Source: Pachysolen tannophilus NRRL Y-2460 | Taxonomy: Eukaryota | NCBI GenBank assembly: GCA_001661245.1 | Contig: KV454013.1 | Location: forward strand, 331,005-395,004 | Reading direction: 5' to 3' | DNA: 64,000 bases | Shown here: piece after piece, positions 22,043 through 35,111 of the stretch | Layout: each line of letters starts with the position of its first letter | Numbering within the stretch: the first letter of the stretch is position 1 | The notes under the pieces: generated by a model | Databases searched by the model: none | What the model saw: only the letters and a program-made list of their open reading frames with translations | Told to the model about the DNA's origin: nothing | Translations under genes and position numbers: made by a program

Positions 22043-23710
22043 ATGTCACCTACAGCAATAGATTTACAACAATTGAATCTGTTTCATCAAAAAGTTACTA
22101 AACCATCAAATCCAAATAAAGTTATTACTACACAGTTGGGTTTAAATCCTGATGCTATTATTCGTCATAATCCTTCAGTTCCAGCTTTATATGAAGATGG
22201 TTTATTAGAAAAAGGAACTACTATTTCTTCATCAGGTGCTTTAATTGCTTATTCAGGTTCTAAAACTGGAAGATCTCCAAAGGATAAAAGAATTGTTGAT
22301 GAAGAAACTTCAAGAGATGAAATTTGGTGGGGACCAGTAAATAAAAAAGTTGATGAAGAAACTTGGAAAATTTCAAAATCAAGAGCTTCTGATTATTTAA
22401 GAACAAGAGAAAAAATTTTCATTATTGATGCTTTTGCTGGTTGGGATCCAAGATATAGAATTAAAGTTAGAATTGTTTGTGCAAGAGCTTATCATGCTTT
22501 ATTTATGAAAAATATGTTAATTCAACCAACTGAAGAAGAATTAAAAAATTTTGGTGAACCTGATTTTACAGTTTGGAATGCAGGTCAATTTCCTGCAAAT
22601 GCTTATACTAAATCAATGAATTCAGGTACATCAGTTCAAATTAATTTTAAAGCTATGGAAATGGTTATATTAGGTACTGAATATGCAGGTGAAATGAAAA
22701 AGGGAATTTTCACTGTTATGTTTTATTTAATGCCAATTAAATATAAAATTTTAACTTTACATTCTTCTGCTAATCAAGGAATAAAAGATCAAGATGTCAC
22801 TTTATTCTTTGGATTATCAGGTACTGGTAAAACTACATTATCTGCTGATCCAAATAGAAAGTTGATTGGTGATGATGAACATTGTTGGAGTGATCATGGA
22901 GTTTTCAATATTGAAGGTGGTTGTTATGCAAAATGTATTGATTTATCTCCTGAAAAGGAACCAGAAATTTTTAATGCAATTAAATTTGGTTCAGTTTTAG
23001 AAAATATTATTTATGATCCAATTACAAGAGTAGTTGATTATTCAGATAAATCAATCACTGAAAATACAAGATGTGCTTATCCAATAAATTATATTCCTTC
23101 TGCAAAAATACCTTGTTTAGCTGATTCACATCCTAAAAATATCATTTTATTAACATGTGATGCAAGAGGTGTATTACCACCAGTTTCTAAATTATCAAAT
23201 GCTCAAGTTATGTATCATTTCATTTCTGGTTATACTTCAAAAATGGCGGGTACAGAAGAAGGTGTTACTGAACCAGAAGCTACTTTTAGTTCATGTTTTG
23301 GTCAACCATTTTTGGCTTTACATCCAATGAGATATGCACAACAATTATCTGATAAGATGACTCAACATAAAGCTAGTGCTTGGTTATTAAATACTGGTTG
23401 GACTGGTCAATCTGTAACAAAAGGTGGTAAACGTTGTCCATTAAAATATACTAGAAGTATTTTAGATTCTATTCATAATGGTACTTTACTGAATGCAGAA
23501 TATGAAACTTTCCCAATCTTTGGTTTACAAGTTCCAAAATCGGTTCCAGGTGTTCCAAAAGAAATTTTAAATCCAGCTGCAAATTGGGTAGATGGTTCTA
23601 AAGATTTTACTAAAGAAGTTAATAATTTGGCTAGCTTATTTTTAGAAAATTTCACAAAATATTCAGACAAAGCTACAAAAGAAGTAATTGCAGCTGGCCC
23701 TCAATTATAA
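22043..23710 (+). CDS. PCK1: Phosphoenolpyruvate carboxykinase (ATP)
   Basis: [17 protein letters not shown]-loop [16 protein letters not shown] and NIEGGCYAK. Confidence 0.98.
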   Translation: MSPTAIDLQQLNLFHQKVTKPSNPNKVITTQLGLNPDAIIRHNPSVPALYEDGLLEKGTTISSSGALIAYSGSKTGRSPKDKRIVDEETSRDEIWWGPVNKKVDEETWKISKSRASDYLRTREKIFIIDAFAGWDPRYRIKVRIVCARAYHALFMKNMLIQPTEEELKNFGEPDFTVWNAGQFPANAYTKSMNSGTSVQINFKAMEMVILGTEYAGEMKKGIFTVMFYLMPIKYKILTLHSSANQGIKDQDVTLFFGLSGTGKTTLSADPNRKLIGDDEHCWSDHGVFNIEGGCYAKCIDLSPEKEPEIFNAIKFGSVLENIIYDPITRVVDYSDKSITENTRCAYPINYIPSAKIPCLADSHPKNIILLTCDARGVLPPVSKLSNAQVMYHFISGYTSKMAGTEEGVTEPEATFSSCFGQPFLALHPMRYAQQLSDKMTQHKASAWLLNTGWTGQSVTKGGKRCPLKYTRSILDSIHNGTLLNAEYETFPIFGLQVPKSVPGVPKEILNPAANWVDGSKDFTKEVNNLASLFLENFTKYSDKATKEVIAAGPQL

Positions 23711-24402
23711 TGCATCATCACTAAAGCTATATTACACTTCAAGCTGGAAAAGTAAATTTCAATTTGTAATCTATTTAAATTTTGAAAGCTAAGTGTGGAA
23801 AAAGGTACAACGAATAGAGTCTTTGATTTTTTGAATTTTATTTTATCTACTATTTTATTATTTTTATCTTTTTACTATTAACTAGTCACTTACTATTTTT
23901 TTTTTTTAAGTTATTGTTGTTGTTTTTTTATTCATGTATACCTTTTGAAACCTATCTTGAATTATATATTTATCTATTATTATTATTATATACACATAAA
24001 CCTTTTTTTTTTTTTTTTTTTTTTGTGTGTCTCAGTCAATTATGAAGTTCACATTGTGAAATACACTTTCATTCAACCAGTTATTCAGATAAAACCCAAA
24101 AGTTAATCAAGTATTTGCACTAAGCAGTGACACCTAAAATATTTCTCGGTTATTGAAGAAGCTAATTTTCCATAGCGTTTTTGGAGTGGCCACAGCAAAA
24201 ATATTATGCATGTCTGCAATAAATTAATTAATTAGATTAAGCAGTAAGTGTTTCAAACATGAAAAGCAGCAATATTTTTGCCAGTTACGATTTGATGAGA
24301 ATTTCGTTAGCTTTAAACACATCTTGACTTGTTTTAAAGATTTGTAGATCTTACTGTTTTGAATTTAAGGAAAAAAAAAAAAACCAAAAAAAACCCTGTG
24401 CA

Positions 24403-25584
24403 ATGACTTCCCTGGTACTGTTTAATAGAAGCGGCTGTTACTCTTTATCGTATGAGCCGGAAGAATTACATTTTAATGATGAAATTACTATATCTGAATA
24501 TATATATAGAAGAATTCTTCAATTAGGAGTTAGGCATATTTTTGGAGTGCCGGGTGATTATTGTCTTGATTTTTGTGAAGAGATCAACAAGGTTCCTGAT
24601 TTAAAATGGGTTGGTACTTGTAATGAATTGAACGGTGCATATGCAGCCGACGGGTACGGTAAGATGAGTGAAAATAAAATTGGTGTATTTGTAAGTGCTT
24701 TTGGTGTTGGTGAATTATCAGCAATTAATGGAATTTCAGGTGCTTTTGCCGAATATTCTCCTATTTTACACATTGTTGGTACATCATCTAGACAGCAGAA
24801 ACAAAAGCCTTATCAAATGCACCATTTGATTCCAACTCAAAATAAGTTAGAACCTGATCATTATGTGTATGAAAAAATGGTTGAGCCAATATGTGTTGTT
24901 AAGGAAAGTCTCCATGATGTATCGAATGCTTGTTCTCAAATTGATAATGCTATTGAAAAAATTTGGCAGCATTCAAGACCAGGATATCTTTATTTACCCT
25001 CTGATATGGCTACTGCAAAGATACCTGCTGAACGTTTAACTTCCTATAGTTTAAATTTAAAGAATGGAAAAGATGATGATGATTTGCAATTAGTTGAAAA
25101 AATTGCTGGTATTATCTTGGAAAAATTATACAAATCTGAGAAAACAGTTATTATATCAGATTATTTGATTAGACCATTTAGACAACAAGAAAAAGTTCAA
25201 TGTATCTTGGAGAAATTAATTGACAAAGTTAATTTAGTAACGACTACAATGGGTAAAGGATTTATCGATGAAGATAGTCCAAGATTTTGTGGTGTATACG
25301 CCGGTGCTCAATCTCCTTTACCCCAAACCAATATGATTGTTGAAAATGATTCGGATTTAGTTATTAGTATTGGTACTTTTGAAGTCCAAGGTAATACAGG
25401 TAATTATACTACAAAGATTCCTAGAGAAAAATTAATTTCAATGTCCGAATTTTATTGTACAATTGGTGAAAATTTTTACCAAAATGTTTCCTTTGTCAAT
25501 ATCTTGAGTAAAATAAATGAAAAATTGGATTCAAATAAAGTTTTAAAATCACCACATTATTCAATTATGTCAGAGGCAGATTCC

Positions 25585-25615
<31 letters not shown>

Positions 25616-26235
25616 GTAATATTGATATCGATTCTGAAGCGTTATCTTTAAAATTTTTAATAAAATCTTTACAAGATTTTTTAAAACCAAACGATTTAAT
25701 AGTTATTGAAACTTGCACTTTTATGTTTGCATTTCTTGATCTTAAATTTAAACCAGGTCAAAAAGTTTTATCACAACTTTTCTATAACTCAATTGGTTAT
25801 GCATTACCTGCCACACTTGGAGCTAGTCTTGCATTACGTGATTTAGGTTTAGAATCCACAACAAGAGTTATTTTAATTCAAGGTGATGGTTCTGCAATGA
25901 CCACTGTCCAAGAATTAACAACTTATCTCAGACAAGATATCACACCAACGGTATTATTATTGAATAATGATGGTTATACAGTTGAAAGAATCATTAAAGG
26001 TCCAAATTCAGTGTATAATGATGTTGCGCCGCACTGGCAGTGGACAAAACTTTTCCAAACTTTTGGAGATTACAATCTGAAATCTTTTAATGCTAAAATT
26101 GAAACTTGTGGTGAATTGACCAAGCATTTCAATAATCCAGATTTTGCTACCGGTAAAAGATTACAATTTTTAGAATTAATCTTGGATAGATTAGATGCTC
26201 CAGATTTTTTCAAAAGCATGTTTGATAAGAAATAA
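24403..26235 (+). CDS. ARO10: ThDP-dependent 2-oxo-acid decarboxylase, Aro10 (phenylpyruvate decarboxylase)-like
   Basis: FGVPGDY, CNELNGAYAADGY, FGVGELSAING and the ThDP motif GDGS...NNDGYTVER. More similar in style to Aro10 than to Pdc1, so the symbol is tentative. Confidence 0.75.
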
Positions 26236-27035
26236 GAAAACATAGCTGAGGGTACGTACGATGTGCAATAAACGCACAAGAACAATTTTTTTTTTTAAAT
26301 TTTTTTTTTTTTTTGACTCCAATTTTAAATCAAAATCAATTCAAACACTCTATCTATAGATACCAATCATATCTCCAAGATATTTTTATACAAATAATTT
26401 TTTTTTATTTTAATTCACTTTTATATATAATATAGTAAGTATTCTTTATAAGCACTATAATGCGTGTTTAATTTCAACTTCTATCTTAGGAAGTAATTAA
26501 CTAAAATTGATAATCAGAAAAAAACAGTTTCCTGATTTGGAATAAATCTTAAAATTTAAAATGATAAGCAAATTTACAGAAAGTTCTATTTCCCCCTTAT
26601 ATTTACCAAATTAATATTACTATATTATATTAATAAGTTTTACTTTTAAATAAATAATCATCAATTAAAATTGATTAAAAGTATATTTTAGTTGAATATA
26701 ATAATAGCGCCCTTTATTAATTAATATAGGTATTTTATTTTTTATTTTTTTTCTTTTAAGAGAGATAAAAAAAAAAAAAAAAAAGAATTTAAGGAACAGC
26801 AGAGATAAGGTGGGTTGTTAATAACAGTGCTTGAAAATCTAGATTTAAGGTGATTTTTATCTGTTGGGTACTCATTCCACCACATTTGAAATTACACCTA
26901 TATTTATTTTTGCAAAATACAAAAAATACCAACATATCAACATTAACATATTGTACTATTTTATTTGGCATATATTTTTAAATTTGATCGAATTAGTTGG
27001 CAATTGATTATAAATTACAAAAAACGCAGGTTAAG

Positions 27036-28784
27036 ATGCCAATTAACAACGCTAATACCAATATATTGGAAGATAGAAGTTATAACGAGCATATCAATAA
27101 TAATAATGCGGTTAATACCGGGTTGTTCTCACCACATAATTCTGTTTTCCAAGCGTTGAATAATCCAAGCTTGGAGTTGAGTAGCGTTTCAAGGACTAAT
27201 AGCAGGAATATTTCAAATTCACCTGATTTGACCATGTCGTCGCAATTTTCACAATATTCACTGAACGATTTTTCTTCATGGCAATTGGTTCACAATTCAA
27301 CTCAGAATAGTGGTAGATCTTCTGGATCCATACTTTCGAGTTCGGATACAGATGATCAGATGTTGAATAATTTCTCACTTGGTCAACATCACAACCATTC
27401 GAATTTAACAAACCAGGTAATCATATTTGATAATGAAAGTGAATTGCATAGCGAGTCATATGAAGATGAAGATGACGTGAACGTGAACGTGAACGTTGAC
27501 GTTGACGTGGATGTGGACGCGGATGTAGACGATGATCTTGTGGAAAATGCATCGACTCTTCACCAAATTGAAAAACTTTCAATGCCCTCATTTATAATGC
27601 CTAGAGTTTCATTGGAAGAAGTTAATTCTAATTCAGCAAATATTGATCCATCACGTTTAAGAATTAATGTTGTTGGTCATGGATCTTTTGAATTGATTAA
27701 CAGATTAAACTGTTATTCAAAAATTTTGAAAAATATTGATTTTACGAATGTTAACCCAAATTTAATAATTTTAATTGTTGATCATCAAAATTTATTATTA
27801 CCGCAACGATTAGAAAAACCTTTTATTCCTATATTCATTGAAGAACAAATACAATTGGGTAAAGATTTTAATGCAGATGAAATGAGTACAAGCTCAGGTA
27901 CAAATTCTCAACTATTAGCTTCAAGATTAAATTCTTTATCAACTATTTGTCATCCAATTCATTTAAAATCTTTGAATGATGATTTGTTTCCTTTAATTCA
28001 TATATTATCAAATATTGATTGTGATAAATTTAATGCATTGAATTATACAGCTAATAAGGATGAAGTAAGGGAACCGTGCGATTATGGATGCAATCTTTTT
28101 ACAAGACAATCTGATCTTGATAATTCAACAAGGAGATATGACAAATTATCAAGATCTGCTTTGAATAAGAGAGATAAGAAAATTAGCAAGCGTAAGAATA
28201 GTGGTAGTAACAGTAATAATAATAATAATAATGATAAGAAAAAAATCATTTCAACAAAACTTTCATTATTATTGAAAATTATCAATGGGAAGGTTATTGT
28301 TGGTGTTGGATATATTGGACTATGTTATTGTGTTTATAGATATTTCAGTGAACATTGTACTGCTGAGAATGACTTGCTAGAAAATTTTACTAAATTTTCA
28401 GCAGGAAGTGGAGTTGCAGGAAGTGCAATTACTGGTGGTGTCACTGGTGGAGATTTTTATCCAGAATCACCATTTTCATTAGCACGATCCCCAAGTAACG
28501 TAAGATTTACTAGCTCATTTGGGCGATTGACTGAAAACTTATCATCAAATACTGAAACTTGCTTACTTAAATTAAAAGATTTTCAAGAATTATCTTCATC
28601 CAGTATAAATGAGCAATTCAGTGAATTAAATGATGAATTTAAAAAAATCTTACTAGATGTTCACCTGTTCATATCAAATCATGCAGGTAATGATTTGTTC
28701 AAAGAATTACATTATATCATTAAAGATTTAGTTGAAAGGACAAAATTAGCTGGATATTGGTTATATTATAATATTCTTTATTAA
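27036..28784 (+). CDS. ATG32: Mitophagy receptor Atg32-like
   Basis: AIM-like SSWQLV, followed by the Atg11-binding-like SILSSSDTDD, then SFIMPRVSL and one C-proximal TM segment. This is the motif order of Atg32. First in-frame ATG is at 27036. Confidence 0.8.
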   Translation: MPINNANTNILEDRSYNEHINNNNAVNTGLFSPHNSVFQALNNPSLELSSVSRTNSRNISNSPDLTMSSQFSQYSLNDFSSWQLVHNSTQNSGRSSGSILSSSDTDDQMLNNFSLGQHHNHSNLTNQVIIFDNESELHSESYEDEDDVNVNVNVDVDVDVDADVDDDLVENASTLHQIEKLSMPSFIMPRVSLEEVNSNSANIDPSRLRINVVGHGSFELINRLNCYSKILKNIDFTNVNPNLIILIVDHQNLLLPQRLEKPFIPIFIEEQIQLGKDFNADEMSTSSGTNSQLLASRLNSLSTICHPIHLKSLNDDLFPLIHILSNIDCDKFNALNYTANKDEVREPCDYGCNLFTRQSDLDNSTRRYDKLSRSALNKRDKKISKRKNSGSNSNNNNNNDKKKIISTKLSLLLKIINGKVIVGVGYIGLCYCVYRYFSEHCTAENDLLENFTKFSAGSGVAGSAITGGVTGGDFYPESPFSLARSPSNVRFTSSFGRLTENLSSNTETCLLKLKDFQELSSSSINEQFSELNDEFKKILLDVHLFISNHAGNDLFKELHYIIKDLVERTKLAGYWLYYNILY

Positions 28785-28877
28785 AGAAAAAAATTTTATT
28801 CTCAAAAATCCATTAAACTTTTATGTTCTTTTAACCTAACCTTTTCTTATTATTATTATTTATTTTTTTTTTTTTTT

Positions 28878-29525
28878 NNNNNNNNNNNNNNNNNNNNNNN
28901 NNNNNNNNNNNNNNNNNNNNNNNNNNNNNNNNNNNNNNNNNNNNNNNNNNNNNNNNNNNNNNNNNNNNNNNNNNNNNNNNNNNNNNNNNNNNNNNNNNNN
29001 NNNNNNNNNNNNNNNNNNNNNNNNNNNNNNNNNNNNNNNNNNNNNNNNNNNNNNNNNNNNNNNNNNNNNNNNNNNNNNNNNNNNNNNNNNNNNNNNNNNN
29101 NNNNNNNNNNNNNNNNNNNNNNNNNNNNNNNNNNNNNNNNNNNNNNNNNNNNNNNNNNNNNNNNNNNNNNNNNNNNNNNNNNNNNNNNNNNNNNNNNNNN
29201 NNNNNNNNNNNNNNNNNNNNNNNNNNNNNNNNNNNNNNNNNNNNNNNNNNNNNNNNNNNNNNNNNNNNNNNNNNNNNNNNNNNNNNNNNNNNNNNNNNNN
29301 NNNNNNNNNNNNNNNNNNNNNNNNNNNNNNNNNNNNNNNNNNNNNNNNNNNNNNNNNNNNNNNNNNNNNNNNNNNNNNNNNNNNNNNNNNNNNNNNNNNN
29401 NNNNNNNNNNNNNNNNNNNNNNNNNNNNNNNNNNNNNNNNNNNNNNNNNNNNNNNNNNNNNNNNNNNNNNNNNNNNNNNNNNNNNNNNNNNNNNNNNNNN
29501 NNNNNNNNNNNNNNNNNNNNNNNNN
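28878..29525. other. Assembly gap (N run) flanked by poly-T
   Basis: Run of n characters. Confidence 1.
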
Positions 29526-29734
29526 TTTTTTTTTTTTTTTTTTTTTTTTTGTTTTTTTTTTGTTTTTATTTTTTCCTTTTTTTTTTTTGCACTGCGACCG
29601 CTAACGACCAGTAATCATCATCTCAAATTGAAAGAAAAGAAAGGGGAAAGGTCGAGATCAACCAGGACTGATTATAGAGTCGCGGCCACTTTAATCACAA
29701 TAAATTTGATTATATACTTGAAAATTTAAAAAGT

Positions 29735-32700
29735 ATGGTGCAAATAAAGATTAAAATAAGAACTCAGCTTCTTATTTTAGTATGTTGCTCTACTTTGTTT
29801 TCATTATTGATTTTAAGTATTGTCACTGGTGTTTATTTTACTTCGAATTTGACAAAGTTGAGATCGGATAAATTGGAGGTTATGTCGGAATTAAAGGCTT
29901 CTCAAATAGCTCAATATACTTCATATTATTACTATCAAATTTATTCAGTGGCGTCTAGAGATGATGTTAAGGATTCTTTGGTGAACTATAAAGCTGGTAA
30001 TACTAGTAGCTCAAACTTTATTGGGGCCCAAGATTATTTACAAGAATACCTCGATAGTACAGAGAATATGTATGATGCTGTGTTGTATGATGTAAATTCA
30101 AAAGCTTTGCTTAAAGTTGAAAATAAGGTCGTGAATACAAATCTAATGGATTCAGTTGTACAGTTTTTACATCCGTTAAGCAGTAATCATTCTATACCAG
30201 ATAGTTTAAATGGTACTGACGGAATGTTATTAGCTGGTCCTCTGATAAATGATACCACGTATTTGGTTTCATTGACGTTGCCGATATATGGTAATTCTTC
30301 AATATTAATATCAACTCCAGATTTAACTGGGTATATTACAGTCACAGTAAACGCAGAAGATATGTATCTGGCAACAGAAGCTAATGATATAGATCTGTCC
30401 ACAGCAACGGTAATTAAATCTGTTCTGTCATCAACTAATTCTTCGGATTTTATTGGGTATCAATATGCTTTCATACCTGAGAAGGGGACATCAAATCTCT
30501 TATATGATGTTTCAAATTTTTCTTCATACCCTTTAGTACGAGATATCTTGGAAAATCATATAACACAAGGTTCAAGAGCAAAAGTAACAACACCAATGAA
30601 TTCTACAGTTGCTGTTGGGTTCACTTTAGAAGATATGCAAAGTTGTTATTGGATCATTTTCATCGAACAAGATAGAAGTTCTTTCTTATCATCAACTGTT
30701 AAATTGACAAAGATTATAGTTGGTGTAGTTATTGGTATTGCTGCATTTATGTGTCTTATAACTTTCCCACTTGCTCATCTTGCTGTGCGACCAATTGTTA
30801 AATTACAAAAAGCTACTGAAGATATTTCATATCGTAGAAATTTGCATTATAGAAAAGAAAAATCAATTTTTGTTTCAAAGACAAATAGCGTTTTCAGTAC
30901 AGTGCCCAATTCTCCAACAAGCGCTACAGAAAAGGACAAAAATGCCAATATTAATGACAAAGTGAGTGGATACCAAGGAGGAGATGTCATTGCTGCCGGT
31001 GCTGCCGGTGCTGCCGATGGGACAGAAGATAAAATTAATGGCAGAAACAGTGGAAGTGGAGGTGGAACCGCAGGTGGAAACGAAGAATCAAGAAATCGTA
31101 ACTGTTTGTCTTCAACTTATTCTTCACCTACTTCTGATCATTTTGTAATACCACAACGTGTTCAACACTCAAGAAAAATAATAGTTGATGAGCTATCTGA
31201 ATTAACAGAAGCTTTTAATGTGATGACGGATGAATTAGACCGTCAGTATACCCATTTAGAAGATAGAGTTCGTGAAAGGACAAGAGAATTAGAAAAACTG
31301 AAAATTGAAGCAGAAAGTGCTAACGAAGCCAAAACTGTTTTCATTTCACAAATTTCTCATGAATTAAGGACCCCTTTAAACGGTATATTGGGACTTTGTT
31401 CAGTTTGTATGTCCGAAACGGATATTAACACAATCCAAGAATCTTTGAAATTGGTTTTCAGAAGCGGTGAATTATTATTACACATCTTAACTGAATTATT
31501 AACATTTAGTAAAAATACTTTAAAGAAATCAAAATTAGAAAACAGAGATTTCAAAATTTTAGATATTGCTTGGCAAATAAAATCGATTTTTGGAAAACTT
31601 GCAAATGATCAAAATGTTAATCTATCAATATTGATTAGACCTAATTTAATAAGAAAGATGATATTATTTGGCGATTCAAATAGAATAATTCAAGTTATAA
31701 TGAATCTTGTAAGTAATTCGCTTAAGTTTACTCCCGTTGACGGAAGTGTCAAAGTGAATATAAGGTGCTTGGGTGAGTATGATGAAGCAAAATCAAAAGG
31801 TGATAATTACCAACATGTTTACGTGAAAGGTCGTACTCTGAATGATGAAACCAACAACACTTCAATGGATTCTTCGACATCCTCGGGCATTATTGAGAAA
31901 ACTCATTCTAAATCTGTTTCCACAGTTACAACCAAGAGGCGTAATAATGATTCTGATGAATCTGATTCTCAAAGTATACATACCTTAAGTACAGTTGAAT
32001 ATTCCAATGCCATATTTGAGTCACAATTTAGGCATCGCAAAAAGTCGAGTAAATTGTCAATATCTTCACTGACTTCATCAAGCTCTTCTTCACCTCCTAC
32101 TTCTTCATCGGGGGTAAGTAAAGATATTGAGCAGAATGGAGAAGCCGATCCAAGTGCTGAGGTAACCACTAGTGAAGAATTTAAGATTAAACCTTTGGAG
32201 AATTTGAAAAAGTGGGTTATTGAAATTACAGTTGAAGACACAGGTCCTGGTATTGAACCTGCGTTACAAGAAAAAGTTTTTGAACCTTTCGTTCAAGGAG
32301 ATCAAACATTGTCGAGAACATATGGTGGTACCGGTTTAGGTCTTTCAATTTCAAGGCAATTGGCTACCATGATGCATGGTACCTTGATATTAGAAAGCAA
32401 AGTTGGTGAAGGAAGTAAATTTACTTTTAGAATTCCTTTACCGCAAACACATTATATCGAAGTTGATAGCTCAGAAGAAGAGTCGGAGTTATATAATGAT
32501 GAATTCAATGTCAACAGTAAGAAAAATAGAAAGGTGAAAGTTGTGGATCCTGGAGAGGCTGAGGAACTGAGGGACAGTCTCAGTGAAATTCTGAACCATG
32601 ACCACAAGAAGATGACATCCCAGCTTAAAATAGATGATTTACCGGAATCAGTTTCTGCAGCTGATGCTCCTCCGACTCCGTCGACGCAGACATCTGGTCA

Positions 32701-33271
32701 TTCTCTGCAGTCACCTCATGGAGAGTCCTCAGGTTCTTCTTATTTCGACAAACCATCGGTGTTAACTAAATCATCAACAGGTACAGCGCCTTCTTCTGCT
32801 GTTCAAACTCATAGCGGTGTATGTGTTACCGGTGGAACATCGGATAAAAAATCTGATAATGAAAATGACAACGTGAAAATATTGGTAGCTGAAGACAACT
32901 TGGTAAACCAGGAAGTTATCAAGAGAATGCTAAACTTTGAAGGCCTTAAATCAATTACCTTGGCATGCGATGGGCAAGAAGCTATCACCATCCTACAGAC
33001 AAGTTTGAAAGAAAATGATAGTTTTGATTTAATATTTATGGATGTTCAGATGCCTAAGGTAGATGGTTTACTGGCGACTAGAATTATGAGAAACGAATTA
33101 AAATACGATAAGCCAATCGTTGCTTTAACGGCATTTGCCGATGAATCTAATGTAACGAAGTGTTTAGATTCAGGAATGTCTGGTTTCTTATCAAAACCTA
33201 TTAGAAGATCCCAATTAAGAAAAATCCTTGTGGAATTATGTCCAGATGCAGTATTACCGAACACTCCTTAA
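29735..33271 (+). CDS. SLN1: Osmosensing hybrid histidine kinase
   Basis: Two TM segments, H-box SHELRTPLNG, N-box NLVSNSLKFT, G-boxes DTGPGI and GGTGLGL, and a receiver domain (AEDN, MDVQMP). Confidence 0.96.
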   Translation: MVQIKIKIRTQLLILVCCSTLFSLLILSIVTGVYFTSNLTKLRSDKLEVMSELKASQIAQYTSYYYYQIYSVASRDDVKDSLVNYKAGNTSSSNFIGAQDYLQEYLDSTENMYDAVLYDVNSKALLKVENKVVNTNLMDSVVQFLHPLSSNHSIPDSLNGTDGMLLAGPLINDTTYLVSLTLPIYGNSSILISTPDLTGYITVTVNAEDMYLATEANDIDLSTATVIKSVLSSTNSSDFIGYQYAFIPEKGTSNLLYDVSNFSSYPLVRDILENHITQGSRAKVTTPMNSTVAVGFTLEDMQSCYWIIFIEQDRSSFLSSTVKLTKIIVGVVIGIAAFMCLITFPLAHLAVRPIVKLQKATEDISYRRNLHYRKEKSIFVSKTNSVFSTVPNSPTSATEKDKNANINDKVSGYQGGDVIAAGAAGAADGTEDKINGRNSGSGGGTAGGNEESRNRNCLSSTYSSPTSDHFVIPQRVQHSRKIIVDELSELTEAFNVMTDELDRQYTHLEDRVRERTRELEKLKIEAESANEAKTVFISQISHELRTPLNGILGLCSVCMSETDINTIQESLKLVFRSGELLLHILTELLTFSKNTLKKSKLENRDFKILDIAWQIKSIFGKLANDQNVNLSILIRPNLIRKMILFGDSNRIIQVIMNLVSNSLKFTPVDGSVKVNIRCLGEYDEAKSKGDNYQHVYVKGRTLNDETNNTSMDSSTSSGIIEKTHSKSVSTVTTKRRNNDSDESDSQSIHTLSTVEYSNAIFESQFRHRKKSSKLSISSLTSSSSSSPPTSSSGVSKDIEQNGEADPSAEVTTSEEFKIKPLENLKKWVIEITVEDTGPGIEPALQEKVFEPFVQGDQTLSRTYGGTGLGLSISRQLATMMHGTLILESKVGEGSKFTFRIPLPQTHYIEVDSSEEESELYNDEFNVNSKKNRKVKVVDPGEAEELRDSLSEILNHDHKKMTSQLKIDDLPESVSAADAPPTPSTQTSGHSLQSPHGESSGSSYFDKPSVLTKSSTGTAPSSAVQTHSGVCVTGGTSDKKSDNENDNVKILVAEDNLVNQEVIKRMLNFEGLKSITLACDGQEAITILQTSLKENDSFDLIFMDVQMPKVDGLLATRIMRNELKYDKPIVALTAFADESNVTKCLDSGMSGFLSKPIRRSQLRKILVELCPDAVLPNTP

Positions 33272-33792
33272 TTTATCAATTAACCAATTGTTTAATTTTT
33301 ACCATTAATTTTAACCACTGCTGTAACAATTGTATAAAAAAGTTTCTAGACATTATGTTTTTTTTTCTTTCTTTTTTACGATGCTTTTTTTTTATATTAC
33401 TTTATTCACTTGATACATTTTTGCATGCTTTATATTGTTTTGGTTTTGACTTCTTTATTTATGTATTTATTATTTTTTATATTTTATTTTTGGAAAACCG
33501 GTTTTGGTAGAACGGTTATTTGAGCTATAGTTATTCATATTTTCAGGCTTTGGTTTTGATTTTTTCTTTAGAACCATTATTTTAATAAAAATTTATATAT
33601 TTTTTACCTTAATTTTAGATCAGATTTTGTATTTTTTCAAGTTTTTATGCACTTGGTGAAGAAAACTAGTGGAAAATTAGATTTTTCAAAAAAAATGATA
33701 ATTTGGACAAATAATATTATATATTATATATAGTACCACTATATCTATATAAATTATCGAATCTTCAAAGTAGTAGACTCAATTGATCAAAA

Positions 33793-34786
33793 ATGTTAAT
33801 AACTGAATCTTATCATGATGTTAAATCTACCCTGGGTACAACTATGAGGATTTATATTTTCCATCCAAAGATCACTGGTTATCCACAAGCTAAGTTTCCA
33901 GGTGTTGTTGTATATTCAGAAATATACCAAGTAACCGGACCAGTTGCCAGATTTGCCAAGGATATTGCTTCTCGTGGTTACATTGTTCTGGCTCCTTCAA
34001 TTTATCATAATTTTGAAGGTAAGTGAAAATTAATATGAATTTTAGTTTTCTTAATTTTACCCTTCATACTTACTAACGACTTTTATCTGCTATGATAATA
34101 ACTAGGTCCTGAACCTTTAAACTATGATACCGAGGGAACTGACAAAGGTAATCTTTATAAGATCACCAAACCTCTTGACTCCTATGATGAGGATAACAAG
34201 TTGACAATTGATTATTTGAGTTCTTTACCAACTTGTACTCAAAAAATTGCAGCTACTGGCATGTGTCTTGTAAGTATTTTTTTTTTTTTATGGCAAAAAA
34301 ATAATTCATTTTGCGAAATCATTTCTTCTTCTCTAGCAATAATTTCTAACAACTCAATATAATTAGGGAGGTCATTTGGCATTCAGAGCATGTCTAGATA
34401 AGCGTGTTAAAGCTTCCGTATGTTTCTTCCCAACAGATATACATGACCATGCATTGGGAAAAGGAGGAGATGATTCTCTAGCAAGGTCCAAAGAAATGTC
34501 TCATGCTGAGATTATCTTAATCTTTGGAACTTTAGATAATCATGTTCCTCCTGAAGGAAGAGACTTGATAAGATCCACATTGAGAAATAACAACATAGGT
34601 TTCACATTCATGGAAATTAACGGCGCCCAACATGCTTTTGTCAGAGATGAATCAAGCAAAGACAGATACGACGGTGCAATTACAGCAAGCTGCTTCGAGT
34701 TCTTATTCGAATTATTCGATAGAATCTTAAAACCCGATCTTGGCGAACATGATGGTAAGAAGATAGTGGTTGAAAACGTCTGCTAA
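33793..34786 (+). CDS. Dienelactone hydrolase family protein, 3 exons (33793..34018, 34106..34269, 34367..34786), 269 aa
   Basis: Two GTAAGT...TAG introns with branch points TACTAAC (34071) and TTCTAAC (34344). The spliced product has SEIYQVTGP, nucleophile motif GMCLGG, D.HVP and AQHAF. Confidence 0.93.
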
Positions 34787-35111
34787 CCAACAAGTTGTCA
34801 ATCTATAATTTTTCACCTACAGTTCCGAATCGGGAAGCTGCAGCAGCCAATTGGTTGCGGCTTTCCTGCCATGCAAGAGCTTCCTAAAGAGGAAACTCGA
34901 ATTTTTCAATGTAAGAAAAGCAGCGTATCCGCTATCTATTGGATAATGGATAAGAACTGGCGCATCGAAGATATATCTTAAATTTGCAAGTATGGTATAT
35001 AAAGCTGAGTTGCTTTTCTTGTCTCTTTATTTTTTCTTTTAGTTTTTTGTGTTTTCAGTTTTAGTATTTAGTAGATAATAGAAGTTGTTCTAGTCTTATT
35101 GTTTATTGATA